Sequence record: EF437941
Length of the DNA stretch: 64,000 nt
Source of the DNA: Escherichia phage Phi1
Reading direction: 5' to 3' (one strand)
Part shown: positions 60,960-64,000 of the stretch, piece after piece
Layout: each line of letters begins with the position of its first letter
Position numbering within the stretch: position 1 is the stretch's first letter
Notes under the pieces: generated by a model
Told to the model about the DNA's origin: nothing
Seen by the model: the letters and a program-made list of their open reading frames with translations, nothing else
The model's database searches: none
Translations under genes and position numbers: made by a program

Positions 60960-61328
60960 TCACTTAACAAAGATTTTCTTTAATGCTTTCAGGATCGTTG
61001 CTTCCGGCGCTTCTTCCGGTGGAGGAAGCAATTCTACCACTTCCTCTTCCAACTCGATATAGTCTACCAGATATTCTACATAGAATGCAAGTGCTTCCAT
61101 GAAATTAGATGCTACATCCGATTCGCCACACGCGCCCACATGCATTGTATAAACATCACTGCGATCAAGTTTGTGGATGCTTCCCAGATAGTTTCGGTTA
61201 TACCAGACTTCCCACACTTTCAACTTTCCTGTTTTGGTTGCTGTTTTATAATCCGTTTCATAATGATGCAATTGACGTTGCAAATCATTGATAATAACAC
61301 ATTTTTCGTAATTGTTTTGAATTTCCAT
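60960..61328 (-). CDS. hypothetical protein (122 aa)
   Basis: ORF with acidic, Pro-rich C-terminus. Confidence 0.5.
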   Translation of the reverse strand: MEIQNNYEKCVIINDLQRQLHHYETDYKTATKTGKLKVWEVWYNRNYLGSIHKLDRSDVYTMHVGACGESDVASNFMEALAFYVEYLVDYIELEEEVVELLPPPEEAPEATILKALKKIFVK

Positions 61329-61338
61329 GATGTAATCC

Positions 61339-61530
61339 TCACTTATCGTTAAGAAGTTCTAAAACTTTCTGCCGTACTTTGTCAATATTAGTTGATTCAA
61401 AAACTGTACGGTATCCCCAACTTTGACCGTATGATCGCGAGCAATCCCCATATCCCCATTGTTCAACCTGATAGTATTCAAGGAATGGGTGCTGCCGAAC
61501 TATGATACCATCGCGATTAAAAATTACCAT
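61339..61530 (-). CDS. hypothetical protein (63 aa)
   Basis: ORF immediately downstream of the 3 x 27-bp tandem repeat, with GAGGA RBS. Confidence 0.5.
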   Translation of the reverse strand: MVIFNRDGIIVRQHPFLEYYQVEQWGYGDCSRSYGQSWGYRTVFESTNIDKVRQKVLELLNDK

Positions 61531-61544
61531 AATATAATCCTCAC

Positions 61545-61625
61545 GTCAACAACTTATTTTCGGTTGTACTTGTCAACAACTTATTTTCGGTTGTACTTGT
61601 CAACAACTTATTTTCGGTTGTACTT
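61545..61625. repeat. perfect tandem direct repeat, 3 x 27 bp (gtcaacaacttattttcggttgtactt)
   Basis: Three identical head-to-tail copies at 61545-61571, 61572-61598 and 61599-61625; each holds a minus-strand GTTGTTGAC -35-like element. Confidence 0.85.
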
Positions 61626-61889
61626 CTGCCACTTTCGGTAATACTGCTTGTAATATTGTTTAATGTTTGGTGGTTCGTCACTATACATGTTATCAACCAT
61701 CATGTCAATAAGACCTTCCGGTGTTTGATAGTTACCCGCTCGAATGAGTTCCTTAATCAAAAGATCTTGTGTCGCTTTATACTTGACAATAACAACTGTC
61801 TTTTCTGCCTTTCCAATTCCGATCCGGTCGTTAGCTCTCATAGCATCCCACCAATCTTTTTTAAACTTCATGTTGTTAAATTTCATCAT
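61608..61889 (-). CDS. hypothetical basic protein (93 aa)
   Basis: ORF whose 3' end overlaps the third repeat unit. Confidence 0.45.
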   Translation of the reverse strand: MMKFNNMKFKKDWWDAMRANDRIGIGKAEKTVVIVKYKATQDLLIKELIRAGNYQTPEGLIDMMVDNMYSDEPPNIKQYYKQYYRKWQKYNRK

Positions 61890-62690
61890 TTAACCCTTCT
61901 TATATTCGCAAACATATTGAGTACCATAATCATAGCTAATGCGACCTTTCTCGATTACTTCAAAGCGGATTTCATCGTTTTCCCCTACCCACATTTTGTA
62001 CTCGTTGAAGTATCCTGCTACATCCGGTTTGCTCATACCAACAACCATATTTTTATATTGTTTGCTGTGTGTCAGATTTGATTTAAACACTTCGCGCTCA
62101 TCAACATATACGAAAGAAGACAATTCACCTTCGGTCATGGTCATTTTCAGCTTGCCGCCCTTGTTGCCATAAGTAGAGTTGCCATACAATGGATCTTTGC
62201 GGCTGTCTGTTTCAATACCATCAATGATTTTCCATGTAAATTTTGCAATGCACTGATAAGTGATAGATCCAGAGATTTTCTCTTCTTTCTTCTGTTCTTC
62301 CACCACTTTTGCTTCGTGTTTCGGTTGTTCTTCTTCAACCTTCACAGAAGTCTCTGAATCGCTTTCTGACGCGGTTTCTTCTTTAGGTAATACATTCATC
62401 AAGTTTTGGATTTGAGCGTTGTATACAGCCTCCAGTGGCTGAATCTGCCCGATATTGATCATTGTATCACGAACAGTTTTATTCCAGTTGCGTTGCTCTT
62501 GTTTAAGAGACGGATCAATCTTAACAGCCTTAACATATACCTCATGAAGTTTAGAATCAAGTGCTGAGATTGACTCATTAGCACAAATAAACTTCTCTGA
62601 TTTGGTAGTAGCTTTAGCGCAATCAAAGGACGCAGCATTAGCACCGAAAGTAGTAGCAGAAAGAACGATAGCAGCGATAATGTTTTTCAT
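61890..62690 (-). CDS. secreted protein with LprI/DUF1311-like N-terminal domain (putative)
   Basis: Signal peptide MKNIIAAIVLSATTFGANA; then FDCAKATTKSEKFICANESISALDSKLHEVYVKAV...QRNW resembling the DUF1311 two-Cys motif; acidic linker; C-terminal beta-rich domain. Confidence 0.5.
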   Translation of the reverse strand: MKNIIAAIVLSATTFGANAASFDCAKATTKSEKFICANESISALDSKLHEVYVKAVKIDPSLKQEQRNWNKTVRDTMINIGQIQPLEAVYNAQIQNLMNVLPKEETASESDSETSVKVEEEQPKHEAKVVEEQKKEEKISGSITYQCIAKFTWKIIDGIETDSRKDPLYGNSTYGNKGGKLKMTMTEGELSSFVYVDEREVFKSNLTHSKQYKNMVVGMSKPDVAGYFNEYKMWVGENDEIRFEVIEKGRISYDYGTQYVCEYKKG

Positions 62691-62720
62691 AATATATATT
62701 CCTCAGTGTTTTGTCTTGAT

Positions 62721-62755
62721 GAGAGTATCTTACTACTCCCTTAATCCGGTGTCAA
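62721..62755 (-). promoter_or_regulatory. PeSL-type early promoter cassette (imperfect hairpin)
   Basis: gagagtatcttactactccc (one mismatch in the stem); plus tgtcaa at 62750-62755. Confidence 0.5.
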
Positions 62756-62762
62756 CCACTTT

Positions 62763-62918
62763 TTAAATTTCTTCTACAGTAAAGTCTTCAATGTTGTTGT
62801 GCTCGGCGAACGTTGCTAGACCAGCATCCCATGCATCATCCTCAGAGAAGAATACACCGTAACGTTCATATCCTTTAGCGCCTTCAAATTTAACCATTAA
62901 TTTGTGAGTATGTTTCAT
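62763..62918 (-). CDS. hypothetical small protein (51 aa)
   Basis: Start at ATG 62916-62918 with AGGAGAATCAAA leader; the ORF-track entry 62763..62978 reads through the promoter. Confidence 0.5.
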   Translation of the reverse strand: MKHTHKLMVKFEGAKGYERYGVFFSEDDAWDAGLATFAEHNNIEDFTVEEI

Positions 62919-62955
62919 TTTGATTCTCCTTCGTTGTCTTGATGAGTTTAGTATA

Positions 62956-62978
62956 GGGGATCGCCGATCCCCTGTCAA
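62956..62978 (-). promoter_or_regulatory. PeSL-type early promoter cassette
   Basis: Palindrome ggggatcgccgatcccc (62956-62972) abutting plus tgtcaa 62973-62978. Confidence 0.65.
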
Positions 62979-62989
62979 CTATTTTTAAA

Positions 62990-63250
62990 CTATTTTCGCC
63001 ATTCACCGGAAACGATGAAGTTTGTAAAGTGATTGTGGTCCGTGATAATGTCATTAAGTACCATATGCGGATATGCTTTAGTGTAATCACGTTTACGATC
63101 AGTCATCCAGCCAACGAAAGTCGGTGCAAAGTACGGCACACCGTCAGACGATGCCATATTAAACCCTTTATCAGCCATAAATGCAGCCGCCCTAAGATTT
63201 TTAATTGAAGTAGTGCGACTAATTTCAAAAACTTTATCGGTAAAATTCAT
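62990..63250 (-). CDS. hypothetical protein (about 86 aa)
   Basis: Start taken at ATG 63248-63250, just after the stop of the upstream gene. Confidence 0.45.
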   Translation of the reverse strand: MNFTDKVFEISRTTSIKNLRAAAFMADKGFNMASSDGVPYFAPTFVGWMTDRKRDYTKAYPHMVLNDIITDHNHFTNFIVSGEWRK

Positions 63251-63251
63251 T

Positions 63252-63464
63252 TTAATAAGCCCCCACTCGTGCATTAATGCGCATTTTCTGCATAGCCATG
63301 ATCTGGTTTACTGCTTCTTCTTTGCGTTTTTGCGTGATAACGTGACCAGATTCCGCAAACTCTCCCGCAACTTCTTCTACGATCTCGCGAACTTGAGAAC
63401 GTCCAAAGATGCGGTTTCCTTCGTAGCTCATAAATTCAGTCACTACTTGCTCAATAGATTTCAT
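63252..63464 (-). CDS. hypothetical protein (70 aa)
   Basis: ORF with GGAGAATCACA leader and a PeSL upstream. Confidence 0.5.
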   Translation of the reverse strand: MKSIEQVVTEFMSYEGNRIFGRSQVREIVEEVAGEFAESGHVITQKRKEEAVNQIMAMQKMRINARVGAY

Positions 63465-63491
63465 GTGATTCTCCTTCTTTCGTTTCGGTGT

Positions 63492-63526
63492 GGGAGTATG
63501 TTAATACTCCCATTTCTTTACGTCAA
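63492..63526 (-). promoter_or_regulatory. PeSL-type early promoter cassette
   Basis: Palindrome gggagtat-gtta-atactccc (63492-63511); plus cgtcaa at 63521-63526. Confidence 0.55.
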
Positions 63527-63529
63527 CAA

Positions 63530-63691
63530 CTATTTTAAATTATTTTCGACCTTCATCCATTCCGCGTATTCTTGCGCGGCTACTTTCGGATTTAGTCCGT
63601 CTTCGTACATTGCTTCAAGTAATTCTTCGTCGGTGGGCTTATACCCTAGATAAGCCTCCACCTGATTTTTCCAAATTTTATACCAGTTCAT
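63530..63691 (-). CDS. hypothetical small protein (53 aa)
   Basis: Start at ATG 63689-63691 (MNWYKIWKNQVEAYLGYKPTDEELLEAMYEDGLNPKVAAQEYAEWMKVENNLK). Confidence 0.45.
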   Translation of the reverse strand: MNWYKIWKNQVEAYLGYKPTDEELLEAMYEDGLNPKVAAQEYAEWMKVENNLK

Positions 63692-63695
63692 ATTA

Positions 63696-63968
63696 TCACC
63701 AATCAAGAGCGCGTGTCTCTGCGTCTTCCCATGCTTGATCCATAACAGCCTTGAAAACATATTCTAGAGTATCATCTTTAGAGAATCCGAAGACCTTAGA
63801 CGGGATATCTTCAATTGCTACTCCCACAACTTCTGCATTACGCGCTTGGCAGTAATGCAACTCTAAGTTATCGAGATAGCGACCGCCTAATTTCTCCATA
63901 TCATCCCAGCATTTCCAGTAACCTACTTTATCTGCAATTGCTAACACTTTGCTGTTTTTGTTGCTCAT
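63696..63968 (-). CDS. hypothetical protein (90 aa)
   Basis: ORF; the conserved leader ctttgattctcc... begins at 63969, so another PeSL is cut off by the window edge. Confidence 0.5.
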   Translation of the reverse strand: MSNKNSKVLAIADKVGYWKCWDDMEKLGGRYLDNLELHYCQARNAEVVGVAIEDIPSKVFGFSKDDTLEYVFKAVMDQAWEDAETRALDW

Positions 63969-64000
63969 CTTTGATTCTCCTTTTGTCTGGTATGTGTGTA

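Noticed and set aside
61545-61625. The 3 x 27-bp tandem repeat as a CRISPR array
   Set aside because: Units are directly adjacent with no spacers, there are only three copies, and no cas genes are present.
1-64000. tRNA genes, integrase or prophage attachment sites
   Set aside because: No cloverleaf-like conserved tRNA sequence or tyrosine/serine recombinase motifs were seen; the content is that of a lytic T4-type genome.

Overview
This window is a segment of a T4-type (Tevenvirinae-like) myovirus genome, identified by reading the ORF translations against remembered T4 protein sequences; no database search was run. It carries three conserved modules: (1) head/recombination/baseplate: gp23 C-terminus, gp24, hoc, inh-like, uvsW, uvsW.1, uvsY, gp25, gp26, gp51, gp27, gp28, gp29, gp48, gp54; (2) nucleotide metabolism/replication: DNA ligase (30), gp31, dCMP deaminase, pseT, RNA ligase 1, nrdB, nrdA, td, frd, gp32, gp59, gp33-like, dsbA-like, RNase H; (3) long tail fibre and lysis: gp34, gp35, gp36, gp37, holin t. 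Between these modules lie hyperplastic stretches of small minus-strand early genes (about 19.9-27.6 kb, 35-36.3 kb, 59.6-64 kb). Nearly every such gene or short operon is preceded by a repeated cassette: A-rich tract, -35 TTGACA, GC-rich stem-loop with compensatory variation, -10 TATAAT-like hexamer, and a conserved leader ending AGGAGAATCAAA-ATG. This matches what I recall being described as PeSL (promoter-early stem-loop) cassettes in RB49-like phages. The best candidates for undescribed biology are: a five-gene operon with a DUF262/ParB-like protein, a zinc-ribbon protein and a short C5-methyltransferase-like protein; a six-member paralog family of small HxHW-motif proteins; an Alt-like ADP-ribosyltransferase paralog co-operonic with a lipoprotein; a NADAR-like protein next to DNA ligase; a CYTH-domain protein between dsbA and rnh; a zinc-ribbon repeat protein with a GIY-YIG/T5orf172-like C-terminus; a ~130-aa in-frame insertion in thymidylate synthase; and a perfect 3 x 27-bp tandem repeat. 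Coordinates of small CDSs, promoters and terminators were worked out by hand and may be off by a few bases. No tRNA, rRNA, CRISPR array or integrase was seen.
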